A DNA stretch of 57,166 nucleotides. Origin: a virus. Its lineage: Duplodnaviria; Caudoviricetes. Within the stretch, counting starts at the first letter, position 1, and each line of letters opens with the position of its first letter. The stretch covers positions 1 through 57,166 of IMG/VR virus record IMGVR_UViG_3300030433_001734, one strand, 5' to 3'. Shown here one piece after another: positions 47,715 through 57,166 of the stretch. Position numbers and translations under genes: made by a program. Below the pieces are notes generated by a model. It searched no databases. It saw only the letters and a program-made list of their open reading frames with translations, and had not been told where the DNA came from.

Positions 47715-50039
47715 ATGAAAAAAGATATATCTAAAATATTATATGTAGCGTTAATGCTTTTAGTCTTTGGACTAAATTCTGTTTTTGGACAAGGCAAAGA
47801 AACTATTGTAAGTCTAGAAACAGATAGTTATCCTAGTGAAACTTATTGGATATTAATGGCAGACTCTTTATATGGTGATACTATATACGAGGTACCTCCT
47901 GGGCATTATACGCAACCTAATACAGGATATGTAGACACATGTTATATACCTGATAGTGTAAGTACTATAGTGTTTTTATTAAGAGATACTTATGGAGATG
48001 GAATGGACGGTAGTTATTATGTAGCTGTCTGTGGAGATACTATTATTAATAAACCAACTATTACTTTTAATACTGGAATATATCAAACTAGGCTAGTCCC
48101 TCCTTGTTTTCCCAATCCTCCTCCTCCTGGCCCGTGTTTACCTGCTACAGTTATAATTAACTTAGATCAGTATCAATCAGAAACATCTTGGCAAATCACT
48201 GATTCATTAGGGTTTGTAGTAGCAGCAGGTGGTGGGTATAGTACTCAGCCTGATTATGGTACAGTTATAGAACCAGTATGTTTACCTTTAGGACCTTTAA
48301 ACTTTACTATCTTTGATACTTATGGAGATGGTATGCAAGGATCTTTATGGCAAGGACAAGATGGTTCTTATTTTGTAAAACAATGTAATGATACTTTAGT
48401 GTACGGAACTGATCCTGCATTTGGATTAGATAGTACACATACATTTGTTATTGATTCTTGCCCTCCTATATATGGATGTACAGATGATGATTATGTAGAA
48501 TGGAATCCGTTTGCAGATACTGATGATGGTAGCTGTCAAACATTAAAAGTATTTGGATGCACAGATTCAACAGCTTTTAATTACGATCCAAATGCTAATA
48601 CAATGGATCTTATACCGCAGTGTGAGTTTACATTAGTATTGCATGATTTAATGGGTAATGGATGGATAGGATCTAATTTAGAATTATTACTTCCTGATAC
48701 ATCTTTTTCATTTACGCATCAAGGAGGATTTAATCAAGAATATCAATTTACTATAGATGCTCCAGATCCAGCAACGTTTAGATTTAGTATAAGTCCTCAA
48801 GCATCTCTTACAACAATAGAGTGCGGATTTACATTAATGAATCCTGAAGGAGACACTTTAATTAGCGTACAACCTCCGTTTATTCAACCTTTATTTCCTT
48901 ATACTTTTATAACTAATTGTGGAAATACATGTATACCTAAAATATATGGGTGTACAGACTCATTAGCTATAAACTATGATTCCTTAGCAAATACAGATAA
49001 CAACAGCTGCTATTATAATCCTGGTTGTATGAATCCTTTATACTTAGAGTATGATACTTTGGCTGATTACGATGATGGATCTTGTAGCACTTTAGTAGTT
49101 TTAGGATGTATGGATTCGACTGCATTAAACTATGATCCACTAGCAAACGTAGAAATACCTGGATCATGTATAGCAGTAGTAGAAGGATGTATGCAGCCTT
49201 TAGCGTTTAATTATAATCCAAACGCTAATGTAGATGACGGAAGTTGTATACCATTTATATATGGATGTACAGACGCAACTATGTTTAATTACGACTCTAC
49301 AGCTAATACAGATGATGGATCATGTATACCGTATACATATGGCTGTATGGATAGTACTATGTTTAACTTTAATCCTTTAGCAAATGCACCAGATACTTGT
49401 ATTCCTTTTATTTATGGGTGTACTGATCCTAGTATGCTCAACTATAACCCATCCGCTAACACAGAAGATTTTAGCTGTATCCCTTACATTTATGGTTGTA
49501 CTGATAGTACTGCCCTTAACTATGATTCGTTGGCTAATACTGACAACGGTTCGTGTGTGGCTGTGGTTGAAGGATGTATGGATCAAGATGCGTACACGTA
49601 TAACCAACTTGCTAATGTAAACGTAGAAGATTCTTGTTTTTATGACGCAGGGTGTATTACAGGTCCTGGTAATCCTTATTGGTTAAATGACCCTTGTTAT
49701 GCATGGGTTATAGATGTAGATTACTATTGCTGTAACACAAGCTGGGATACATACTGTCAAGCACAATATAATTATTGTGTAGACGGATGGCCTGTAGGAT
49801 TAGAAGATTTATTGTCAAGAGATTCAGAACTTGCAATATATCCTAACCCTACAAGCAATATGGTTTATTTAGCTACCAAGTTAAATGTATATGTTAAAGT
49901 ATACAATACTATAGGTATGGTTATATATGAGGGATTAAATCTAAAACAAATAGATTTAAGTAAAGAGCCTGTAGGGATATATAACTTAACGCTAGAATAT
50001 AATGGCTCTGTTATAAATTATAAAATAATAAAACAATGA
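47715..50039 (+). CDS. Secreted Cys-repeat protein with type IX secretion (T9SS) type A C-terminal sorting domain
   Basis: Signal peptide ..VFG|Q; about 11 GC(T/M)...A.....SC repeats; C-terminus IYPNPTSN..VKVYNTIG..IDLS....GIY.L......KIIKQ. Confidence 0.85.
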   Translation: MKKDISKILYVALMLLVFGLNSVFGQGKETIVSLETDSYPSETYWILMADSLYGDTIYEVPPGHYTQPNTGYVDTCYIPDSVSTIVFLLRDTYGDGMDGSYYVAVCGDTIINKPTITFNTGIYQTRLVPPCFPNPPPPGPCLPATVIINLDQYQSETSWQITDSLGFVVAAGGGYSTQPDYGTVIEPVCLPLGPLNFTIFDTYGDGMQGSLWQGQDGSYFVKQCNDTLVYGTDPAFGLDSTHTFVIDSCPPIYGCTDDDYVEWNPFADTDDGSCQTLKVFGCTDSTAFNYDPNANTMDLIPQCEFTLVLHDLMGNGWIGSNLELLLPDTSFSFTHQGGFNQEYQFTIDAPDPATFRFSISPQASLTTIECGFTLMNPEGDTLISVQPPFIQPLFPYTFITNCGNTCIPKIYGCTDSLAINYDSLANTDNNSCYYNPGCMNPLYLEYDTLADYDDGSCSTLVVLGCMDSTALNYDPLANVEIPGSCIAVVEGCMQPLAFNYNPNANVDDGSCIPFIYGCTDATMFNYDSTANTDDGSCIPYTYGCMDSTMFNFNPLANAPDTCIPFIYGCTDPSMLNYNPSANTEDFSCIPYIYGCTDSTALNYDSLANTDNGSCVAVVEGCMDQDAYTYNQLANVNVEDSCFYDAGCITGPGNPYWLNDPCYAWVIDVDYYCCNTSWDTYCQAQYNYCVDGWPVGLEDLLSRDSELAIYPNPTSNMVYLATKLNVYVKVYNTIGMVIYEGLNLKQIDLSKEPVGIYNLTLEYNGSVINYKIIKQ

Positions 50040-50428
50040 ATATATTAAAAAATATATTTTCTGGCAGTGCTACTGAATTAGTAAAAAGTGTAGGAGGAGT
50101 TATAGATAATCTACACACATCTAAAGAAGAGAAGCTAGAAGCAGAAAAACAAATAAAAGATATGATCATGGGTTACGAAGCAGAGATGCAAAAGCAAGTA
50201 ACTGAAAGATGGAAAGTAGATATGGCATCTGATTCATGGTTATCAAAAAACATAAGACCTTTAGTACTTATCTTTTTAGTAGTATCTACAGTATTAATGA
50301 TATTTATTGATGCTGGTGTTATTGCTTTCGAAGTAAAAGATACGTGGGTAGACTTGTTACAACTAGTATTAATCACTGTGATCGGTGCTTACTTCGGAGG
50401 ACGATCATTAGAAAAAGTAAAAAAATAA
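50036..50428 (+). CDS. Holin (3TM/GTA-holin-like)
   Basis: DSWLSKNIRPL, two hydrophobic helices, GAYFGGRSLEK. Confidence 0.75.
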   Translation: MNILKNIFSGSATELVKSVGGVIDNLHTSKEEKLEAEKQIKDMIMGYEAEMQKQVTERWKVDMASDSWLSKNIRPLVLIFLVVSTVLMIFIDAGVIAFEVKDTWVDLLQLVLITVIGAYFGGRSLEKVKK

Positions 50429-50433
50429 GAATT

Positions 50434-50766
50434 ATGGCTTTTTATAAATCAGGAATAGAAAGACTCATGCAGAGAGCAAGATCTCGTAGAGTTTTATGTG
50501 GCGCTAAATGCGCTAACAATATTGTAAGTGCCTATACTGCGTGGTTAAATTACGATGGAGGTAACGGATCTGTTGGATCTACAGGAGGAAATAATCCTGT
50601 AGGAAACGAACCTTCTGGAAATGGAGGCGGTGGAATGGGTAAAGGAATAAACAAATGGGCGTGTGTTGCTAATGTTGGAAGATCAGGTAATAGCTGCCAG
50701 CAAGTACCTGGAGGTACGTTTGCAACTTTAGCTGCGTGTGTATCAGGATCAGAGTGTTCAGAATAA
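50434..50766 (+). CDS. Gly/Cys-rich hypothetical virion protein (start corrected to MAFYKSG)
   Basis: Shares N-terminal M(A/S)FYKSG with the next gene. Confidence 0.55.
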   Translation: MAFYKSGIERLMQRARSRRVLCGAKCANNIVSAYTAWLNYDGGNGSVGSTGGNNPVGNEPSGNGGGGMGKGINKWACVANVGRSGNSCQQVPGGTFATLAACVSGSECSE

Positions 50767-50784
50767 TAAATAAAAAATAAAAAT

Positions 50785-51426
50785 ATGTCATTTTATAAAT
50801 CAGGTTTTAGAAGAGTGCTTCGTCAGGTTAGTACTGTTCGAGCTAAGGCAACCGAATTAGCAACCAACGAAAAAGCTGACGATATAACTAGAAGTAATAT
50901 AAGCGTAAAAGCTAATGCTAATCAAGCTGCTATAGCTACATTAAACACTGGAGCACTAAAAATATCTAGTGCTACAAAAACAATAGCACAGTGGAATACT
51001 GATGCTGTTAGTGGTACATATACTTTTCCAGATATTGATTTAAGAAAAGATGTAGTATACGGAGTTAGAATAGAGTGGTGGGATCCAAATGCTGCAAACA
51101 AAACTCCTACAGATTTAAGTAATGGTGGTGTTGCAGGATGGATTATGAGTACAGGAGGACACACTAATGTAAACGAAATGCATATCGCATCGTCTAGAAC
51201 TTTTGGAGCAAAGATAGCTAATGGAACAGGAGTGTATATAGAACAAGCAGGAGCAGTAGGGTCTTATGCTAGAACAGCAACATCTCAGAATTCTAATTTT
51301 AATCCTGCTGTTGCTTTGCCTCTAAAATTTAAAATTAATACAGAGCTAGAAGGAGGAACAGCAACACAAAAGTGTAAAATAACTGTTATTTATTCTGAAG
51401 TAATGGATGCTGAAACATATGAATAA
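50785..51426 (+). CDS. Probable fibre/virion protein
   Basis: MSFYKSG start, short coiled coil, then beta-rich head. Confidence 0.5.
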   Translation: MSFYKSGFRRVLRQVSTVRAKATELATNEKADDITRSNISVKANANQAAIATLNTGALKISSATKTIAQWNTDAVSGTYTFPDIDLRKDVVYGVRIEWWDPNAANKTPTDLSNGGVAGWIMSTGGHTNVNEMHIASSRTFGAKIANGTGVYIEQAGAVGSYARTATSQNSNFNPAVALPLKFKINTELEGGTATQKCKITVIYSEVMDAETYE

Positions 51427-51443
51427 AATAAATATATAAAACT

Positions 51444-52076
51444 ATGGATTTAAAAACAGGAAGAGCCTCTTCATGGAAGAAAGAATATGGAGGCAATACA
51501 TATCAACGACCAGATACTAAATTAGATGTAGTAGAGATCAATGGAACTCTTAATACAAATGGAAGTGATGTATGGAAAGTAAAAAGCTATGGAGAAGGAT
51601 CAGGTGCTTATAATTCAACATTTGGATCAGGAGATGAAACAAATCCTACAATTACTCAAGGAGACACAAGTTTTAATCCAACAGCAGCTACTTTTAATAC
51701 TTTTGGAAGATCTGTTAAAATCGAAAGCGCAATGATGTGTGTAAGTAAACAAGGAGGCGCTGCAGATTCTACATTATCAATTGGTATTTCTTATATAGAT
51801 TGTAGAAACGTAACAGATTTAGAAGGAGGAGATGTTGCAGCAGGTAGTGCTTTTGATGGTACAGCTACTACGTTTACAAGTACATTCTTAGCTAAAGCAA
51901 CAGGGCTAGCAGCTCCAAATGCTACTCAAGAATTTAGATGTCATGATATGGGTAGTACATTTAAAGGTCTTGTAATACCAGAAGGATGTATGGTTTATGT
52001 CTGTATAAAAGACGAGACGGGAGGTACAGGAAATGCTATTGGTATAAATGGTTCTTTTACATTACAGATGTTATAG
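51444..52076 (+). CDS. Probable virion protein
   Basis: Gly/Thr/Ser-rich beta protein, 210 aa. Confidence 0.5.
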   Translation: MDLKTGRASSWKKEYGGNTYQRPDTKLDVVEINGTLNTNGSDVWKVKSYGEGSGAYNSTFGSGDETNPTITQGDTSFNPTAATFNTFGRSVKIESAMMCVSKQGGAADSTLSIGISYIDCRNVTDLEGGDVAAGSAFDGTATTFTSTFLAKATGLAAPNATQEFRCHDMGSTFKGLVIPEGCMVYVCIKDETGGTGNAIGINGSFTLQML

Positions 52077-52086
52077 TATTTTTTCG

Positions 52087-52094
52087 TATATTTG
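52087..52094 (+). promoter_or_regulatory. Bacteroidota -7 promoter element (TATATTTG)
   Basis: 27 nt upstream of the ATG at 52122. Confidence 0.55.
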
Positions 52095-52121
52095 TAGGCG
52101 TATAACCTTATAAATAAATAT

Positions 52122-53399
52122 ATGAAATTTGATATTAAAAATTTAAAGAAACATCTACTAGAGAACGGTAGAGACAAAAGCTATAATGAATTAGCACAAC
52201 AGTATGGAATAACTGATAAGAACGGAGTTATTTCTGGAGAAAGAGTGAGAGGCATATGGAGACGACTAAAAGTTTCAAGAGACCCTTCACAAGGTAAAGA
52301 GCTCCCTACAGTAGTAAACGAAAATGGGAAAAAGTTTATTGACTATAAAGGAGTAGAGATTACAAGTTTGGAAGACTTAGTTGACGCAGTAGGTGTTAAC
52401 TTAGACTTCTGGGATGTTAAAGGTTTTAGGGCCTCGACCTGGCAAGACTTTAACGGAGATACAAAATATGCAGTACGTGCGCAGTTTGATCAAAGTAAAG
52501 GAGCCAGAGACAAAGTACGTGAAGAGTTTATAGCAGCGGCAATAAAGCACGCTCCTAAATACAAAACCGTCAAGTACCCTAAAGCCAAAAGCAAACTAGA
52601 TAAAGTTGCGTACGAAATTAATTTACCTGATTTACATTTAGGTAAATTAGGATGGGGAAAAGAAGTTGGACATAGTTATGATGTAAATATAGCTAAAGCC
52701 ATCTTTGCTGAAGCAGTTGATAAGTTACTTGTATATGCAAATAACTTTCATGTTGATAAGATAATCTTTCCAATAGGTAATGATTTACTTAACTCAGATG
52801 GATTACACATGACAACTACTAAAGGTACACCTCAACATGATGACGTACGTTGGCAACGTTCTTTTACATTATGTAGAGAAATGCTTGTAGAAGTGATTGA
52901 CAGGCTAAAACAAGTAGCTCCAGTAGAAGTTATAGTAGTACCTGGTAATCATGATTATGAAAGAATGTTTTATATAGGTGATGCTATATATGCATGGTAT
53001 CATAACTGCAAAGAAGTTGTAGTTGATAATAGTCCTTCTCCTAGAAAGTATACTACTTACGGAGTAAATCTATTAGGATTAACACACGGATCTGCAGAGA
53101 AGCAAGCTGATCTACCTCTTATCATGGCGTCTGAAAGACCTGAGTTATGGGCTAAAGCAAAACATACAGAATGGCATATAGGTCATCTGCATAAACAGAA
53201 GTCTATGAACTGGGTTGATATAGATGAAAGGTTTGGAACTGTTGTAAGAATCTTACCTTCATTATCAGGAACAGATTCTTGGCACCATGAAAAAGGATAT
53301 GTAGGAAATACACGAGCTGCACAAGCTTATGTATATAGTAAAGAGAATGGCTACAAGGGTCATTTTCAAGTTAATATAAATGAATTGAAAAATGGCTAA
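52122..53399 (+). CDS. Calcineurin-like metallophosphoesterase with N-terminal HTH-like region
   Basis: DLHLG, GNDL, GNHD, THG, GHLH motifs. Confidence 0.85.
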   Translation: MKFDIKNLKKHLLENGRDKSYNELAQQYGITDKNGVISGERVRGIWRRLKVSRDPSQGKELPTVVNENGKKFIDYKGVEITSLEDLVDAVGVNLDFWDVKGFRASTWQDFNGDTKYAVRAQFDQSKGARDKVREEFIAAAIKHAPKYKTVKYPKAKSKLDKVAYEINLPDLHLGKLGWGKEVGHSYDVNIAKAIFAEAVDKLLVYANNFHVDKIIFPIGNDLLNSDGLHMTTTKGTPQHDDVRWQRSFTLCREMLVEVIDRLKQVAPVEVIVVPGNHDYERMFYIGDAIYAWYHNCKEVVVDNSPSPRKYTTYGVNLLGLTHGSAEKQADLPLIMASERPELWAKAKHTEWHIGHLHKQKSMNWVDIDERFGTVVRILPSLSGTDSWHHEKGYVGNTRAAQAYVYSKENGYKGHFQVNINELKNG

Positions 53400-53655
53400 A
53401 TGCGAGCATAACTTTGAACCGTCTGATCAATGTCCTCTTTGTGAAAAAGAGAGGACGATCATGCAGTTTGGTGGTATCTGGGCAGGAGATGTAGGATTAA
53501 ACACTGCACCAAAACCTAGAACAAGACTAGGCAGAGATGAGGCTAGGTTTGAAAATATAGACAGAGAAGAAAATCAACGTGAAGCAATGAAAGAATATAT
53601 TTTAAAAAGCTTTACAACAGAACCAGATATAGAAGTAGAAGAAGATGTGGATTAA
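53392..53655 (+). CDS. Hypothetical protein (possible Zn ligands)
   Basis: CEH...CPLC N-terminus. Confidence 0.55.
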   Translation: MAKCEHNFEPSDQCPLCEKERTIMQFGGIWAGDVGLNTAPKPRTRLGRDEARFENIDREENQREAMKEYILKSFTTEPDIEVEEDVD

Positions 53656-54553
53656 AGTTGAAGATACAAAACGCCCTATTACTGGGGTAACTTTAACTTG
53701 GGCTATCGATTTGTCTGTAGACGCAAACGATGTCCCTACTGCTACTTATGGAGAAGTAACTCTTACATCAAGCGCTACTACATTTTCTAGTTATAATACA
53801 AGTTCTGTAATACAGATAAGTGAGTTTGATAATTTAACAGATGAAGTAAACAATACTTGTGAAGAAAGCGTATATTTAAAAGTAAAACAAGTAGTAAGTA
53901 ATAGTGTAATTAAATGTGAAGTATACTGGCCGAAGACTACAAGTGTTAAACTTTTTAATAGATATAAAGCTAGGAAAACAAATAAAAATACTGCAGACGA
54001 GTATAGAGATGCTATGCTTTCTTTGTTAGACGATTTAGTTGAGGGATTAATTCTTGATACAGACTATAAAGTATATAAGCTAACAAACGGTATAAACCAT
54101 AAATGGCAGATATATGATAGTTCTCAAATTTTAAGTATAGTAAATGGTAAAAAAGAACAGACGATAGATGATAATGATATGTATTTTACTACTTGTTGTT
54201 CTTATGCTTATATCGTACAAAGAGAAGACGTTCCTCCTTTATACAATACAAGCGGTACAGTGCAAGGAGCTTTAGGTCCTTTTTTTAATATTGCAGATGA
54301 AGTGTCTACTTTATTAATGGGGTGCGATGATTGTGGAGGAGGATATTATATGGATACTGCAGAAGCAGCTAGACGAGTAGAAGTAGATACAACTACTACA
54401 GGTAATCAAAGTAGTAATATGTATGGATTCAATTCAGATGTTTCAGGAGGAGACGACAGAAGTAACGAACCAAATCCTATATATAATGCAGACGGGTCAA
54501 GAAAAAAGCCACCAATTAAAGATAGTGATTCATCTACTAAATTTTATAAATAG
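53645..54553 (+). CDS. Hypothetical protein
   Basis: 302 aa ORF in operon. Confidence 0.6.
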   Translation: MWIKVEDTKRPITGVTLTWAIDLSVDANDVPTATYGEVTLTSSATTFSSYNTSSVIQISEFDNLTDEVNNTCEESVYLKVKQVVSNSVIKCEVYWPKTTSVKLFNRYKARKTNKNTADEYRDAMLSLLDDLVEGLILDTDYKVYKLTNGINHKWQIYDSSQILSIVNGKKEQTIDDNDMYFTTCCSYAYIVQREDVPPLYNTSGTVQGALGPFFNIADEVSTLLMGCDDCGGGYYMDTAEAARRVEVDTTTTGNQSSNMYGFNSDVSGGDDRSNEPNPIYNADGSRKKPPIKDSDSSTKFYK

Positions 54554-54555
54554 AT

Positions 54556-55257
54556 ATGCAAATAAAAAATATATTATCAAGAGTACGAGCTTTATATAAT
54601 AAAGGAACCGCATCAGATGATTCTAGATTATCTGATAGACATATATATGCTAAACTATGTTCTGCAAGAAGCATGCTTATTAAAAGAGAAATTAATCAAA
54701 AGCGACAGGTATCTGATTGGATTGTACAAACAATACCGTGCTTGCAATTGATAACTGCTCTTCCAAACGAATGCCCTTGTGCTCCTATCCCTGGGTGTAA
54801 AATACTACGATCTAAAAATCCAATTCCAAAACCTGTACAATCTGCTATAGGTCCTGAACTAGAAGCTGTAACAAATCAGAATGGAACTAAGATCTATTCA
54901 AAGACAAATTGGGTTAGACGTAAATATAAATCAGGAGCTAAATACACTGCAGACATTGCAGACTATTTTGTAAAAGACAATTATTTGTTTATAGACGAAT
55001 CTAGTCTGTTAGAGTTTATTTCAATCTCTGGAGTATTTGAAGATCCTCTAGAAGCAGTTTACGCAGACGGATGTAAACCTGCTTGCATAAACCCTTATGA
55101 CGAAGAGTTTCCTTTAGATGAGCATTTAACTGATGCTGTAATTCAAATGGCTACTCAAGAATTATTACAAGTATTTAAATCAATACCTGGCGACCAAGAG
55201 AATGATGCTTTAGATCAACCAGGAGGAGCACCAATAGCTAGCGCTCCACAGAAATAA
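54556..55257 (+). CDS. Tail ring/tubular protein
   Basis: SDDSRLS..I......RSMLIK, GVFEDP, FPLD motifs; crAss-like tail gene order. Confidence 0.6.
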   Translation: MQIKNILSRVRALYNKGTASDDSRLSDRHIYAKLCSARSMLIKREINQKRQVSDWIVQTIPCLQLITALPNECPCAPIPGCKILRSKNPIPKPVQSAIGPELEAVTNQNGTKIYSKTNWVRRKYKSGAKYTADIADYFVKDNYLFIDESSLLEFISISGVFEDPLEAVYADGCKPACINPYDEEFPLDEHLTDAVIQMATQELLQVFKSIPGDQENDALDQPGGAPIASAPQK

Positions 55258-55682
55258 TGAAAAAGAATAATACATTAATAGAAAGTTATAAAGCCTATAT
55301 CGAAGAGAATAAAGATATAGAAGCGCTCTGTATAGATTACAAAACATACAGAAAGCTTTGTGTTGAGTTTAATGAAAAAGTTATAAATAGTATGCTACAC
55401 GAAGCATACGAATTTAAACTTCCTTTTGGATTAGGGACCTTAAGGATTAAAAAAACTCCTAGTAAAAACAAGAAAAGAGTAGACTGGAAAACTACTAAAG
55501 AATATAATACAAAAGTATTTCACCTGAATCTACATACAGATGGATTCTATTATAGGTGGCATTGGAAAAAGAAAGACTCTATACTTACAAATAAAAGTTT
55601 ATATTCTTTTACTCCAACTAGGAAAAACAAAAGGGAATTGGCAGGATTATTAAAAACTAATGATGTAGAATTTTTTGAATAA
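55257..55682 (+). CDS. IHF/HU-like protein of the crAss tail module
   Basis: FKLPFGLGTLRIKK, VDWKTT, NLHTDG. Confidence 0.65.
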   Translation: MKKNNTLIESYKAYIEENKDIEALCIDYKTYRKLCVEFNEKVINSMLHEAYEFKLPFGLGTLRIKKTPSKNKKRVDWKTTKEYNTKVFHLNLHTDGFYYRWHWKKKDSILTNKSLYSFTPTRKNKRELAGLLKTNDVEFFE

Positions 55683-55688
55683 AGTGTT

Positions 55689-56609
55689 ATGGCAAACCAA
55701 GTAAAATTAACAAGTATAGAGAGAGTTATTGCAGGAGTCTATAGAGACCTTAAACCTGTTGTTGAGTTAAGTGAAAATGACTTAATTGAATGGGCAGGTG
55801 AAGCTCTTGAACAAATTGGAGCCTATACACAATTAGAAGAAAAGGTCGTAAGCCTTGACGTAGATGGATATAAAGCGATTCTTCCTTCTGGTATACATAA
55901 GGTTATACAAGTCGCTTATAAGTATACGGAAGGATCGCCATCTACTACTCCTATGCTAACAACCGCATCTCCTTGTACAACATGTAGTGATAATGGGTGT
56001 GACCCTGAATGTCCTACGTGCGCAGATGTGTGCGAGACTTCAGCTCAGCTTATACAAAATGCAGAGTTATTTTTACAATATTACAAGCCTAATTCTTTTA
56101 GAGCTACAGGTTATTACTATGACCATTATAAACCTTTGCGTTTAGCTTCTGGTCCTTTTGCAATACCACATACATCAGACTGTAAAGACTGTACAGGTAT
56201 ATCTGCAAACTGCGATCAAGAGTATTCATTAGACTGGCCTTATATTAAAACAAGTTTTCAAAAAGGATATATCTGTGTTGCGTATGTAGGACAAGCTTTA
56301 GATGAAAGAGGATTTCCTTTAATACCTGATGAAGTATCTTATGTAGAAGCAATTAAAAGATACATTATATATAAGCTAAAGTATTCTGAGTTTTTACAAG
56401 GACAAACACCTGCGCAAGTATATGCAAAACTAGAAGACGATTGGCATTGGTATTGTTCACAGGCAAGATCAAAAGCAACTATGCCTGATACTATAGATAA
56501 ACTACAAAACTTAAGAGATCAGCATATAAGACTTATACCTAAAGTACGTAGATACCAAGGGTTCTTTGGAAACTTACACACAGTAGAAAAACTAGATTTA
56601 AAGAACTAA
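55689..56609 (+). CDS. Tail ring/tubular protein
   Basis: LIEWAGEAL..IG, IKTSF..G.I...Y....DE.G.PLIPD, WHWYC.QA. Confidence 0.6.
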   Translation: MANQVKLTSIERVIAGVYRDLKPVVELSENDLIEWAGEALEQIGAYTQLEEKVVSLDVDGYKAILPSGIHKVIQVAYKYTEGSPSTTPMLTTASPCTTCSDNGCDPECPTCADVCETSAQLIQNAELFLQYYKPNSFRATGYYYDHYKPLRLASGPFAIPHTSDCKDCTGISANCDQEYSLDWPYIKTSFQKGYICVAYVGQALDERGFPLIPDEVSYVEAIKRYIIYKLKYSEFLQGQTPAQVYAKLEDDWHWYCSQARSKATMPDTIDKLQNLRDQHIRLIPKVRRYQGFFGNLHTVEKLDLKN

Positions 56610-56610
56610 G

Positions 56611-57166
56611 ATGGCAGAAGAAAAAAAACAAGGTGGTAATGCCTTTATAAATTCCTTATCTAAAGGAATGAGTAAAGATACTTCAGAAGGAACACAGCCT
56701 GAAGCAACATATAGATGGGCCCTAAACGCTATTAATGAATCTGAACAAGGAGAGTTTGGATTCCTTATGAACGAAGAAGGGAATTATAAGTGTGGTCAAG
56801 TTGCTAAAGATTTAAATACTGATAACTGGGCAGTTATTGGAGGGCAGTATGTTGAGAATGATGAAGTGATTGTTTTTATGGCGCCTAAGAATCCTGCAGA
56901 TTTTGGTAAAGGACGTATTGTAAAAGTTTCTTCAGACTGTACTAGTAAAATTATACTAACAGCTAATTGTTTAAATTTTAGAATTACACATCAAATACAA
57001 TCTATTTATAGAATTAGAAAAGGATGTGAAGTTAATTTATATTGGACAGACGATCTAAATGATATAAGACATATTAATTTAGATGCTTTAACAGATTATC
57101 TAAAACCAGGCTTTACTCAGGCTGATATAGATGCAGGAACTAATGATGATATATGGGACTGTGAAA
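56611..57166 (+). CDS. Tail stabilisation/muzzle-like protein, truncated by the window end
   Basis: Open frame MAEEKKQGG...KGMSKD......TYRWALN...NEEGN...LNF...LYWTD running off the window. Confidence 0.6.
   Translation, partial: MAEEKKQGGNAFINSLSKGMSKDTSEGTQPEATYRWALNAINESEQGEFGFLMNEEGNYKCGQVAKDLNTDNWAVIGGQYVENDEVIVFMAPKNPADFGKGRIVKVSSDCTSKIILTANCLNFRITHQIQSIYRIRKGCEVNLYWTDDLNDIRHINLDALTDYLKPGFTQADIDAGTNDDIWDCE

Noticed and set aside
48470-49640. Periodic repeats as a CRISPR array or DGR
   Set aside because: They are degenerate in-frame protein repeats; no identical DNA repeats with spacers, no cas gene or reverse transcriptase
2545-52177. Short antisense or alternative-frame ORFs in the track (e.g. 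2545, 8545, 18740, 26493, 34604, 49384)
   Set aside because: Shadow frames of longer, motif-bearing genes
1-57166. Stop-codon reassignment as in some crAss-like phages
   Set aside because: Core genes are intact under the standard code; TAG and TGA end genes at natural C-termini and ATGA overlaps; no suppressor tRNA seen

Overview
About 57 kb of an AT-rich, lytic crAss-like (Crassvirales-type) phage genome, probably infecting a Bacteroidota/Flavobacteria host. The host inference rests on TAnnTTTG promoters, a Bacteroidota-type tmRNA tag, Gln after signal peptides, and a T9SS sorting domain. Genes diverge from about 19.3-19.7 kb. The minus strand (1-19.3 kb) holds replication genes (family A polymerase, SF2 and DnaB helicases, primase, AAA ATPase, PD-(D/E)XK nuclease), a MoxR/VWA pair and an early region rich in small ORFs and structured RNAs. 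The plus strand (19.8-57.2 kb) holds morphogenesis genes (TerL, portal, large cargo protein, MCP, ring/tail proteins), GroES, lysis genes and a cell-envelope cassette. The standard genetic code is used. Highlights not explained by the ORF track: (1) a full phage tmRNA with a 33-codon tag, whose 5' end contains the stop codon of the upstream alphaCTD-like gene; (2) a roughly 700-nt GOLLD-like giant ncRNA; (3) further unassigned structured RNAs; (4) a promoter-driven cassette of an outer-membrane beta-barrel, a CxxC-less thioredoxin and a Cys-repeat protein with a type IX secretion C-terminal domain. All assignments are by eye from motifs; no searches were run.
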